Positions 1-8,014 of a stretch of 40,580 bases of DNA are shown here, one piece after another. Numbering within the stretch: position 1 is the first letter of the stretch; every line of letters begins with the position of its first letter. The position numbers and the translations under genes are program-made. Location: positions 1-40,580 of the forward strand of contig CATPBF010000009.1 in assembly GCA_955652585.1 (NCBI GenBank), in the 5' to 3' direction. The notes under the pieces were generated by a model. That model was given only the letters and a program-made list of their open reading frames with translations. It ran no database searches and was not told where the DNA came from. Source of the DNA: Candidatus Dormiibacterota bacterium (lineage in GTDB: Bacteria; Chloroflexota; Dormibacteria; Dormibacterales; Dormibacteraceae).

Positions 1-684
1 GATCTGTTCCGGGTCGAAATCCCACGGACGGGGCAGGGCCATTGATTCGTCGGTCCAACCCTCGGCGCCCTGACGAAGCGCTTCCGCGGTGTTGGCTCTA
101 CTGAGCTTCTGCCAGGCAGGGTCACGCATGATGGCTCGATCCTCTGGCGGCGCGTCCGAGAGGACGCCGGCCATGCCTTCATCCCCGAGGAGGCGCACCC
201 GAATCTGCGCCAGCAGCTCATGGAGCGCATCCCATCCGCGCTCGGCGGCCGCATAGCCGGCGGCGTTGACCCCGACCAGGCCCTTGACCTCATCCGGTTC
301 GAGCGGCGACGCGCCCACTATCACCGAGACGGCGGCAATGCGACCCGGGTGTTTGGCGGCCACGGCCAGCGCGTGTGGGCCGCCGCCGCTCGTCCCCATC
401 ACCGGCAGACGATCGAGCTGGTGATGGTCGAGCAGGACCGCCAGATCGTCGGCAATGTCGGCCACCCCGCGACCCGGTAGCCGACTCGATCCGCCGTAAC
501 CCGGCCGGTCGGCCATCAGGTAGCGGACCCCGAGGCCACGCAAGATCGCCGGATCGGGGTGACGGTAGAGTCTGGACCCCGGCGTGCCTTGCAGCCGCAG
601 TACAGGCGTGCCGCCCGGCTCGCCCCACCAGCGCCACGCCAGCGTACGGCCGCCCCGTCGTTGGAGCTCACCGTCTTCGAACAT
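1..684 (-). CDS. alpha/beta hydrolase (proline iminopeptidase-like); 3' end runs off the window
   Basis: Not in the ORF track because no stop lies in the window. My translation from the ATG at 684-682 reads MFEDGELQRRGGRTLAWRWWGEPGGTPVLRLQGTPGSRL...LPVMGTSGGGPHALAVAAKHPGRIAAV. The G-x-S-x-G nucleophile elbow (GTSGG) is where the fold expects it. Confidence 0.7.
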   Translation of the reverse strand, partial: MFEDGELQRRGGRTLAWRWWGEPGGTPVLRLQGTPGSRLYRHPDPAILRGLGVRYLMADRPGYGGSSRLPGRGVADIADDLAVLLDHHQLDRLPVMGTSGGGPHALAVAAKHPGRIAAVSVIVGASPLEPDEVKGLVGVNAAGYAAAERGWDALHELLAQIRVRLLGDEGMAGVLSDAPPEDRAIMRDPAWQKLSRANTAEALRQGAEGWTDESMALPRPWDFDPEQI

Positions 685-844
685 CAAGCCGTCTTCGGTC
701 ACAGGCACTTGTTCAGCCTAAGTCCTTCAAGGGAACGCGATTAGTTCGTGGCGGCATCGCAAATTGACGCTCAAGCTGACTCCTTACTCCCCACCCGGGC
801 TTCTCCCGCGCCTGCGGCGCGGGGGCCCCAGTGGACGAGGCCGA

Positions 845-865
845 CCTCCCCACAAGGTGGGGAGG
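845..865 (-). terminator. perfect 9-bp stem / 3-nt loop hairpin downstream of the RDD gene
   Basis: CCTCCCCAC-AAG-GTGGGGAGG lies 10 nt past the RDD stop codon. A second GC hairpin, CGCGCC-TGC-GGCGCG, lies nearby. There is no U-tract, so any function as an intrinsic terminator is inferred. Confidence 0.4.
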
Positions 866-874
866 CGAATACCT

Positions 875-1321
875 TCAGGAGTAAACGACCAACGTCTTCG
901 CGATCTTGTCGTGCCAGCCCTGGTGACGCGAGTCGAAGGCGACCCAGATCACCCCGATGAAACAGGTCACGAATGACAGCCACAGGCCCAGCCAACGAAT
1001 GACAGCACCGGCCACCCCCAGCTCGGAGCCATCCTCTCGGATGACACGCAGCTTGAGCAGGCGCATCCCGAGGGTTCGCCCGCCGCCCCAATGCGACCAG
1101 AAGAGCACGAAGTAGATGAGAGCAACCAGGATGGATCCACCTGCGCCCGTGGTCACGCGCTGCCCATTCACGATCTGCTCACTGTTGCCCGTGATAACCA
1201 AAAACGGGAAAGCACCGCCAACGAGGCTGAGCAGAAATGCGTCCACCAGGTAAGCCCATGTGCGGACAAAGAATCCCGCAGGCGCCAGCTGCGACGGCGG
1301 CCAGGTGGCAGCCAGGCTCAA
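875..1321 (-). CDS. RDD family membrane protein
   Basis: 148 aa with three hydrophobic segments and the R...D...D family signature (RTWAYLVDAF, GMRLLKLRVIREDG, WHDKIAKTLVV). Confidence 0.8.
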   Translation of the reverse strand: MSLAATWPPSQLAPAGFFVRTWAYLVDAFLLSLVGGAFPFLVITGNSEQIVNGQRVTTGAGGSILVALIYFVLFWSHWGGGRTLGMRLLKLRVIREDGSELGVAGAVIRWLGLWLSFVTCFIGVIWVAFDSRHQGWHDKIAKTLVVYS

Positions 1322-2649
1322 TCTAGATCGGGCGCATCCACGAGCTGTCGGAGGCGGTCGGCAAGCTCCGAAACTGCAATACGCTCTTGTTTGGTGGAAT
1401 CGCGCTGGCGGATGGTCACCGCTTTGTCGTTGAGCGTGTCGAAGTCGATCGTGACGCAGAACGGGGTGCCGATCTCGTCCTGGCGCCGATAGCGCCGGCC
1501 GATGTTTCCGCCTGTCTGGTCGTATTCGACGCGGAAGTAGCCCTGCAGCAATACCTGCACATCGCGCGCGACCTTGATCAGGTCTTCCTTCTTTGAAAGC
1601 GGGACCACCGCCACTTGCACCGGCGCCACATTCGGGTGTAGGTGGAGAACCACGCGGGGTTCGTTGTTGACCACATCCTCGTCGTACGCGTCCACCAGCA
1701 GTGTGATGAAGATCCGCTCCACGCTCACCGCCGGCTCGATCACCCAGGGCAGGTAACGCTCGTTCGTCTCGGGGTCCAAGTAGGTCAGGTCCACCTTGGA
1801 GCGCTCCTGGTGGACGCGCAGGTCAAAGTCTGTGCGGTCCGCTACGCCCTCGAGCTCCCCCCAACCGAACGGGAACTCGTACTCGATGTCGGTCGTCTGC
1901 TTCGAGTAGTGCGACAGCGATTCCTTCGGGTGGTCGTAATAGCGCAGGCGATCCTTGCTCAGGCCCAGGTCCTCCACATACCAACGCAATCGCTCCTCGC
2001 GCCAGTAGTGAAACCACTGATCGTCCTCGCTCGGTTTCACGAAAAACTCCATCTCCATCAGCTCGAACTCACGCACGCGGAAGACGAAGTTGCCAGGCGT
2101 GATCTCGTTGCGAAACGCCTTGCCCTGCTGGGCAATACCGAATGGGACCCGCACTCGTGTCGAGTTGATGACGTTCTTGAAGTCGACGAACATGCCCTGC
2201 GCGGTCTCCGGTCTGAGGTAGACCTCCGACGAGGTGTCCTCGACTGGACCCACATGGGTCTTGAACATCAGGTTGAACATGCGCGGCTCGTCCAGCGGCC
2301 CTCCACACTCCGGGCACCTGTCGCCCTTGATGTGATCCGCGCGCCACCGCTTCTTGCATGTGCCCAGGCACTGGCGAAGGGGGTCGACGAAGTTCGTAAG
2401 GTGGCCGGAGGCGGCCCACACCGCCGAGGGCATGATCAGCGTGGATTCCAGGCCCACCACGTCGTCGCGCAACTCCACCATGTGGCGCCACCACAGGTCG
2501 CGGATGGCCCGCTTCATCGCGACCCCATAGGGTCCGTAGTCATAGAAGCCCGACACCCCGCCGTAGATCTCGCTCGATGGGAAGATGAAGCCGCGCCGCT
2601 TCGTCAGCGCGACCACCTTTTCCATCAGCTGGTCGCGAGGAACGGTCAA
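1318..2649 (-). CDS. glyQS: glycine--tRNA ligase (alpha2 class II type)
   Basis: The N-terminus KRRGFIFPSSEIYGGVSGFYDYGPYG and the class II motifs are recognisable along the full length. The true start may be the ATG at 2625 (MEKVV...) rather than the TTG at 2649. Confidence 0.95.
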   Translation of the reverse strand: MTVPRDQLMEKVVALTKRRGFIFPSSEIYGGVSGFYDYGPYGVAMKRAIRDLWWRHMVELRDDVVGLESTLIMPSAVWAASGHLTNFVDPLRQCLGTCKKRWRADHIKGDRCPECGGPLDEPRMFNLMFKTHVGPVEDTSSEVYLRPETAQGMFVDFKNVINSTRVRVPFGIAQQGKAFRNEITPGNFVFRVREFELMEMEFFVKPSEDDQWFHYWREERLRWYVEDLGLSKDRLRYYDHPKESLSHYSKQTTDIEYEFPFGWGELEGVADRTDFDLRVHQERSKVDLTYLDPETNERYLPWVIEPAVSVERIFITLLVDAYDEDVVNNEPRVVLHLHPNVAPVQVAVVPLSKKEDLIKVARDVQVLLQGYFRVEYDQTGGNIGRRYRRQDEIGTPFCVTIDFDTLNDKAVTIRQRDSTKQERIAVSELADRLRQLVDAPDLD

Positions 2650-2683
2650 GAGCCGACCCCCAACGGCACCGATGTCGTGCTCA

Positions 2684-2723
2684 ACGCCCCTCTCCCTAAC
2701 CCTCTCCCCTGCGGGGAGAGGGG
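2684..2723 (-). repeat. REP-like C/G hairpin element, copy 1 (between the VOC stop and the glyQS start)
   Basis: The plus strand reads ACGCCCCTCTCCCTAACCCTCTCCCCTGCGGGGAGAGGGG: a CCCTCTCCC unit, then TAA, then a CCCTCTCCCC-tetraloop-GGGGAGAGGG hairpin. Confidence 0.8.
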
Positions 2724-2736
2724 ATTGCCACCCAGT

Positions 2737-3123
2737 TCAGCCCTCTTCGAGGACGGAGAGGATGTTGCCGGCCGGGTCCTTGAACCAGGCTATGTCGGGG
2801 CCCCCGCCTGTGGCTGCGCCGCGGGCAATGCCGCGTGCGTCGGTCATATTCCCGTAGTGCTCGAACTTCACGCCGGCGGCGGTCAATTGATCCACCGCTC
2901 GGTCGATGTCGTCGACCGGGAAGTTGAGGATCGTGTATGTCGCCGGAACGTGGTCGGGCTTGGAGTACACGAAGGTGGGGTTGCCGCCGGCGATCTTCAG
3001 TCGCAGGCCTTGACCGCCTTGCTCCACCTCGAGCCCTAGGGTCTCGCCGTAGAAATTCTTGGCTGCTTCGAGGTCGTTGACCGCAAAACCGCTGAATGCT
3101 TTTGTGTTTCTAAACATAATCAC
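2737..3123 (-). CDS. VOC family (glyoxalase/bleomycin-resistance fold) protein
   Basis: 128 aa. The pattern FAVNDLEAAKNFYGETLGLEV...AWFKDPAGNILSVLE is a typical paired beta-alpha-beta-beta-beta module. The likely start is the ATG at 3117, preceded by GGGAGAGGGG from repeat copy 2. Confidence 0.85.
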   Translation of the reverse strand: MIMFRNTKAFSGFAVNDLEAAKNFYGETLGLEVEQGGQGLRLKIAGGNPTFVYSKPDHVPATYTILNFPVDDIDRAVDQLTAAGVKFEHYGNMTDARGIARGAATGGGPDIAWFKDPAGNILSVLEEG

Positions 3124-3160
3124 GCCCCTCTCCCTAACCCTCTCCCCTTCGGGGCGAGGC
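3122..3160 (-). repeat. REP-like C/G hairpin element, copy 2 (inside the recO 3' end)
   Basis: ACGCCCCTCTCCCTAACCCTCTCCCCTTCGGGGCGAGGC, with a degenerate 3' arm. It encodes the RecO tail ...SPRRGEG, and the element's TTAG supplies the recO stop codon. Confidence 0.8.
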
Positions 3161-3952
3161 GACAGACCTCATCTGGTGAAGGAACTGTAGCGACTTCAGG
3201 CGCCGGTCCAGGTGATGCTCCAGCTGCACCGTCAGCACTCGCTCCACTGCATCCATCAACTCCCCGTCCAGCTTCAAGCGCCGATACGTCGCCAGGTCAC
3301 CACTCGCCATCAAACGCAGCACCTTGATCGCGGCGAGGGGGACTATAGGAGGTGAGGCCAGCGGCGCCGCGCAGTCGTCGCACAGGAACCCGCCCGCCGT
3401 CGGGCTGAAAACCGCCGGTTTCGCCGGCAGCGTCTTTCCACATGACGCGCATTCAATGAGCTGCGGCGAGTACCCGAGCAGGTCGAGGGCGGCCATCAAG
3501 AAGTATGCCGACGCGCGGCGCGGATCGGTCTCGCGAGCCAGCTCGTCGAGGGCCATCACGGTGAGCTCATATACCCCATCGACCGGGTGCCGGTCCTCGC
3601 ACACGCGCTCCGCCAGCTCCGCAATCAACGCCGCATGCGACATGTACTCGACGTCGCCCACGATGCGCTCGCCTGGCATCCTCTGCACCTGGGCGACGAC
3701 GTCCAGGTCGCCACGGCCCTTGGCCAGCAGCACATCGATATGCCCGTACAGCTCGAGCGACGGGCCCAGCTTGCTCTCCGGTCGGCGCACCCCCTTCGCG
3801 ATCGCACCCACCTTGCCGTGCGCGCGGGTCAGGAGCGTGAAGATGCGGTCCGCCTCGCCGTAGTCGAGCTTGCGGAGCACGACCGCGTGGTCACGATATG
3901 TGGCCAGTCGGTTCCTCCATGTCGCTCGTATCCTGCGCGTCCGCGCGGCCAT
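3134..3952 (-). CDS. recO: DNA repair protein RecO
   Basis: Contains VVLRKLDYGEADRIFTLLTRAHGKVGAIAKGVRR (OB fold) and a C-terminal Cys4 zinc motif (CASCGK...FLCDDC). The start is uncertain: the ATG at 3952 overlaps the upstream gene by 62 nt. Confidence 0.9.
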   Translation of the reverse strand: MAARTRRIRATWRNRLATYRDHAVVLRKLDYGEADRIFTLLTRAHGKVGAIAKGVRRPESKLGPSLELYGHIDVLLAKGRGDLDVVAQVQRMPGERIVGDVEYMSHAALIAELAERVCEDRHPVDGVYELTVMALDELARETDPRRASAYFLMAALDLLGYSPQLIECASCGKTLPAKPAVFSPTAGGFLCDDCAAPLASPPIVPLAAIKVLRLMASGDLATYRRLKLDGELMDAVERVLTVQLEHHLDRRLKSLQFLHQMRSVASPRRGEG

Positions 3953-5282
3953 CGGCCTGCGAGGGATGCGCGAAGCCCGACGCGGCGAGCGCTTCCTCGG
4001 GCCACGGCTGGTCGGATTTCAAGCGCACGGTCTCGATGCGGCGACCCTTCACCTTCTCCACTGTCCAGAGCGCTCGTCCGCCTCGAAAGGAATCGCCGGC
4101 CACCGCAAGCTTGCCCAGCATCGCGTGAACGTACCCGCCGACCGAGTCGTAGTCGCCGGACTCCTCGATCGCGAGCCCAAGTCGTGAGTTGAGCTCCTCG
4201 AGCGGAAAGCCCGCATCGACTCGAGCCTCGTGGTCGTTGAGGATCGTCAGCATGTCCTCCTCGCCGGAGTCGTACTCGTCACGGATCTCGCCGACGATCT
4301 CTTCGAGCAAGTCCTCCATCGAGACGAGGCCCGCGGTGCCTCCGTACTCGTCGACCACGATCATCATGTGGACCTTCTCGGTCCGCATCTCGAGCAGCAG
4401 CTCGTCCACCTTCTTCTGCTCGGGCGTGTGTTTGATCGGGCGCAGGATTTTGTCGATGTCGAACTTCTGGGCGCTGCTGAGCGTGTAGTAGAGCAGCAGG
4501 TCCTTGGCGTGGAGCAGGCCGACGATGTGGTCGAGGTCATCCTCGTAGACCGGCATCCGCGTGTGCCGGTGCTCCTTGAAGATCTTGACGATGTCCTTCA
4601 GGCTGGACGTCTTCTCGATGGCCACGATATCCGTGCGCGGGATCATGATCTCGCGCACGGTCTTGTCGCCGATCTCGATGATCCCGTGGATCATCTGGTG
4701 CTCTTGCTCCTCGATTACGCCCGCTTCTTCGGATACGTGCAGGAGGGTCAGCAGCTCTTCTTCGGTGAGGAACGGCGCTCGCGCGGCGCGACCGCCGGTG
4801 AGGGCACGGGAGATGATCGTGACCGCCCATAGGATCGGGCCGAGGAAGCTCGCCAACCTGTCGACCGGGCCTGCTGTGGCCAGCGCCACGCGCTCCGCGT
4901 AGCGGATGGCGAGCGTCTTAGGCGTGACCTCGGCGGCGATCAAGAGCACGACAGAGAGCACGAAGGAAACGACCAGCGCGAGCCACAACCGCCATGCGCT
5001 AGGCACCCCCCAACTCGTGAACAGCGCATCGGTGAGCAGCGTGGTCGAGGTCGAGGCGACGATGAGGGCCAGGGTGTTCGTGAACAGGACTGTGGAGAGG
5101 TAGCGATTCGGGTCCGATCGCAGCTTCTGCAAAATGGCCGCGGACTTGCTCCCCTGCTCGGCCAGGAAACGGACTCGCAACCGTCCGACCGAGGTGAGCG
5201 CAGTCTCGGTCCCGGCAGCCAGCGCGGCCGCCACGAAGCAGACGACCAAGACGATTACTTCGATCCATTCCTGTGCGTTCAT
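3891..5282 (-). CDS. CNNM/HlyC/CorC family transporter (DUF21 membrane domain + CBS pair + CorC_HlyC)
   Basis: N-terminal membrane domain with TETALTSV...RYLSTVLFTNTL, a central CBS pair (VREIMIPRTDIV, IVGLLHAKDLL) and a C-terminal CorC domain. Confidence 0.9.
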   Translation of the reverse strand: MNAQEWIEVIVLVVCFVAAALAAGTETALTSVGRLRVRFLAEQGSKSAAILQKLRSDPNRYLSTVLFTNTLALIVASTSTTLLTDALFTSWGVPSAWRLWLALVVSFVLSVVLLIAAEVTPKTLAIRYAERVALATAGPVDRLASFLGPILWAVTIISRALTGGRAARAPFLTEEELLTLLHVSEEAGVIEEQEHQMIHGIIEIGDKTVREIMIPRTDIVAIEKTSSLKDIVKIFKEHRHTRMPVYEDDLDHIVGLLHAKDLLLYYTLSSAQKFDIDKILRPIKHTPEQKKVDELLLEMRTEKVHMMIVVDEYGGTAGLVSMEDLLEEIVGEIRDEYDSGEEDMLTILNDHEARVDAGFPLEELNSRLGLAIEESGDYDSVGGYVHAMLGKLAVAGDSFRGGRALWTVEKVKGRRIETVRLKSDQPWPEEALAASGFAHPSQADGRADAQDTSDMEEPTGHIS

Positions 5283-5291
5283 GAGGAAGGA

Positions 5292-6284
5292 CTAACTGAA
5301 AAGCTCGCTGACGCTCCGGTTCTCGTGTACCCGGATGATCGCCTCGGCGAGCAAAGGCGCAACCGAAAGGACCGTCACCAGCTCGGGGTCGAATTTCTCA
5401 GGGGCGATCGGCACTGAATCGGTGACGATGACCTGTTCGATATTCGCCCTCTTCAGACGCTCGACGGCGTCTCCCGTCAGGACCGGGTGGGTGGCCGCGA
5501 TGAGGACCCTGCGTGCGCCCTGCTTGTGCAGCGCCTGCGCCAGCTTGGAGATGGTGCCGCCGGTGGTGATGATGTCTTCGACCACCACGCAGTCACGGCC
5601 CTTCACGTCACCGGAAACCGCGATCACCTCCACCTCATCGTCACCTGAGCGCCGCTTGTAGCCGAACGCGATCGGCGCCTGGAGCTGGTTGGCGACCGCC
5701 TCGGCTCGGCGTCCTCCACCCGCGTCGGGGGCGACCACCGTGAGGTGCTGCAGGTTCAGAGTAAGCAGGTATTCGGCGATGATCCGATGGGGCGAGAGGT
5801 GGTCCGTCGGCACGTCGAAGAAGCCTTCGATAGCCTCGGCGTGGAGGTCGAGCAGCAGCAGCCGGTCGGCGCCGGCGAGCGTGATGAAGTTCGCGACCAG
5901 CTTGGCGGAGATGGGTTCGCGGGGCTGGGTCTTGCGCTCCTTGCGCGCGTAGCCGTAGTAGGGCACGACGGCGGTCACCCGTCCGGCCGAGGCGCGTCGC
6001 AGCGCGTCGAGGATGATGAAGAGTTCCATCAGGTGCTCGTTCACGGGGGGAGAGGTGGGCTGGATCACGAACACGTCGTGCCCGCGCATCGAGTCCTCGA
6101 TCTTGACGTTGATTTCGCCATCGGGGAAGCGGCGCAGGCGGGGGTCTGTCAGCGGGACGTCGAGCTTGGTCGAGATGAGCTGGGCCAGATCGGGGTTGGC
6201 GCTGCCCGCGATCAGCTTGAGGGCGCCCCAGGGTGAGGCCTCTTCGCCCGTGAACTCGACTGCGGTGGTCAATCTGCCGATCAC
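5292..6284 (-). CDS. prs: ribose-phosphate pyrophosphokinase
   Basis: Contains FPDGEINVKI, VVPYYGYARKERK, LDLHAEAIEGFF and the PRPP loop VVVEDIITTGGT. The GTG start at 6284 overlaps the glmU stop by 4 nt. Confidence 0.95.
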   Translation of the reverse strand: MIGRLTTAVEFTGEEASPWGALKLIAGSANPDLAQLISTKLDVPLTDPRLRRFPDGEINVKIEDSMRGHDVFVIQPTSPPVNEHLMELFIILDALRRASAGRVTAVVPYYGYARKERKTQPREPISAKLVANFITLAGADRLLLLDLHAEAIEGFFDVPTDHLSPHRIIAEYLLTLNLQHLTVVAPDAGGGRRAEAVANQLQAPIAFGYKRRSGDDEVEVIAVSGDVKGRDCVVVEDIITTGGTISKLAQALHKQGARRVLIAATHPVLTGDAVERLKRANIEQVIVTDSVPIAPEKFDPELVTVLSVAPLLAEAIIRVHENRSVSELFS

Positions 6285-7621
6285 TCGATCAATCCTTCCG
6301 GCTTCACGCCCCTCTCCCCGACCCTCTCCCCTTCGGGGAGAGGGGGCTTCTTCCGTATCACCCTAGCTGGAACTCCCACCGCTGTCGCGCCGTCGGGTAC
6401 GTCTTTGGTGACGACCGAGCCGGCCCCGGTGCGAGCTCCTCGACCAAGTTTGACTGGAGCCACGAGCATCGTGTCCACCCCGACGAACGCGCCGTCTCCG
6501 ATCTCGGTGCGGTTCTTGTGGGCCCCGTCAAAGTTGGCCGTGATCGTACCCGCCCCGATGTTGGCATCCTCGCCGAGGTCGGTGTCGCCGAGATAGGAGA
6601 CGTGCGGCACCTTGCTGTTTCTCCCCACCCTGGTCCGCACCAGCTCCGCGAAGCTGCCGATGTGGACGTCTTCGGCGATCTCGGTGCCAGGCCGGATCTT
6701 CACGAAGGGGCCACAGTCAGAGCGGTCGCCGATCTTCGCGTCCTCTATATGCGCGTACGGGCCGATCCGGCAATCCTGTCCGATCTGCGTGTCGCCCTTG
6801 ATGACCGAGAAAGGTTCTACGGTCGTGTCCTGGCCGATGGTCACGGTCGGGTCGATGAAGGTGGAATCCGGGTCGACGATCGTGACGCCACCGTCCATCA
6901 AATGATCGAGGATTCGCCTTCGAAGGATGCCCGTCGCCGTGGCCAGGCGGACGCGGTCCTTGATGCCCATCGCCTCGTTAGGATCCGCAAGCCGCACGAT
7001 GTTGACCGGCTGCAGGTGCAGGAAGACGTCGGTGAGGTAGTACTCACCGGCCTTGTTATCGTTCGAAATGCGCGCAAGCGCTTCTTGAAGGCGACCCCCA
7101 TCGAAGCAGTAGATGCCGACGTTGAACTCGTGGACAGTTTGTCGCATCTCGTCGCTCGCGTCTTTCCGTTCGACGACCCTCTCGAAGTCCCCATTGTTAG
7201 AGCGCACGATGCGGCCGTCATCGCGCCTGGGGTCGTCGACGCTGGCGAGCGTGGCCGGACGCTTCGCATTTCGGTGCGAGTCGACGACGCGCCTGACCGT
7301 GTCGGCAGTGAGCAGGGGTGAATCGCCGTTGACGACGAGGACATCGCCGTTGAGGCCTTCGACCTGCTGGAGGGCGTGGGCAGTGCCGCGTGGGTCGCGC
7401 TGGAAGACGACCTCCACTTTCCCATCGAGGTGCGCGGCCACTTCGGCGTGATGGGGGTTGACGACCACGTTGATGTGGTCGGCGCCGGCTTCCTTCACGG
7501 CGTCGATGACCCAATCGATCATCGGGCGGCCGCACAGCACATGCAGGACCTTCGGAGTCCGCGACCGCATGCGGGTGCCGTGACCGGCGGCCAGAATGAC
7601 GGCCGTTAGCGATTGGCTCAA
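6281..7621 (-). CDS. glmU: bifunctional UDP-N-acetylglucosamine pyrophosphorylase / GlcN-1-P acetyltransferase
   Basis: N-terminal VILAAGHGTRM nucleotidyltransferase loop and C-terminal left-handed beta-helix hexapeptide repeats. The last ~23 aa (PPLPEGERVGERGVKPEGLIE) are encoded by repeat copy 3. Confidence 0.95.
   Translation of the reverse strand: MSQSLTAVILAAGHGTRMRSRTPKVLHVLCGRPMIDWVIDAVKEAGADHINVVVNPHHAEVAAHLDGKVEVVFQRDPRGTAHALQQVEGLNGDVLVVNGDSPLLTADTVRRVVDSHRNAKRPATLASVDDPRRDDGRIVRSNNGDFERVVERKDASDEMRQTVHEFNVGIYCFDGGRLQEALARISNDNKAGEYYLTDVFLHLQPVNIVRLADPNEAMGIKDRVRLATATGILRRRILDHLMDGGVTIVDPDSTFIDPTVTIGQDTTVEPFSVIKGDTQIGQDCRIGPYAHIEDAKIGDRSDCGPFVKIRPGTEIAEDVHIGSFAELVRTRVGRNSKVPHVSYLGDTDLGEDANIGAGTITANFDGAHKNRTEIGDGAFVGVDTMLVAPVKLGRGARTGAGSVVTKDVPDGATAVGVPARVIRKKPPLPEGERVGERGVKPEGLIE
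6306..6346 (-). repeat. REP-like C/G hairpin element, copy 3 (inside the glmU 3' end, upstream of prs)
   Basis: ACGCCCCTCTCCCCGACCCTCTCCCCTTCGGGGAGAGGGGG. The TAA of the other copies is CGA here, so the glmU frame reads through the element. Confidence 0.8.
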
Positions 7622-7638
7622 GATTTAGCCCTTGCGGG

Positions 7639-7986
7639 TTGAGCGGAATTATACGGGCAGGGGCTCTACGCCTCTTGGGTGAGCACCATCACGAAGCCGA
7701 CTTCGAACAGGGCGTCATGGTCGATGTCGGGCCTGGCGTCGGCGCGCTCGTCATCTACACCGGCGAGGACCTGCGCAGTCAGGAGATCGAGATCAGCCCC
7801 GTATCGAATGATGCAAAACGCATGCACACGGACGTTCTGCGACGGAAGACCGCGGGCGGCTATGTATTTGCCGCCGTCTTCGGATCGCTGGTCGAGGGCG
7901 AGTATCGACTCTGGCATCCAAGCCGCCCGAGCCCGGTGCCGGTTCGGATCGCCGGCGGTGAGGTGACGGAGCTGGACTGGCGCTGA
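7639..7986 (+). CDS. small hypothetical protein (about 90-115 aa, probably a beta-sandwich)
   Basis: The ORF has coding-like composition (GALVIYTGEDLRSQEIEISP...GGYVFAAVFGSLVEGEYRLW). The ATG at 7714 is a more plausible start than the TTG at 7639. I cannot name the family with confidence. Confidence 0.5.
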   Translation: MSGIIRAGALRLLGEHHHEADFEQGVMVDVGPGVGALVIYTGEDLRSQEIEISPVSNDAKRMHTDVLRRKTAGGYVFAAVFGSLVEGEYRLWHPSRPSPVPVRIAGGEVTELDWR

Positions 7987-8007
7987 GCCTGTTGGGCCCA
8001 GCGCCAG
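7977..8007. terminator. 9-bp perfect inverted repeat between convergent genes
   Basis: CTGGCGCTG-(13 nt)-CAGCGCCAG spans the stop codon of the 7639 ORF and ends 8 nt before the DUF4331 stop. It could act as a bidirectional terminator. Confidence 0.4.
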
Positions 8008-8014
8008 CTTCCAA

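Noticed and set aside
1642-3039. 465-aa plus-strand ORF
   Set aside because: It is antisense to glyQS and the VOC gene. Its translation is Arg/His/Leu/Val/Gly-rich with no recognisable family. This is the usual shadow ORF of a high-GC gene, and the opposite strand carries an unmistakable GlyRS.
7986-7998. Partial match (AACAGGCT core on the minus strand) to the 17-nt box
   Set aside because: Only 8-9 nt match, which is about what chance gives in this window. It forms the loop of a terminator hairpin between convergent genes, and no -10-like hexamer or start codon follows it.
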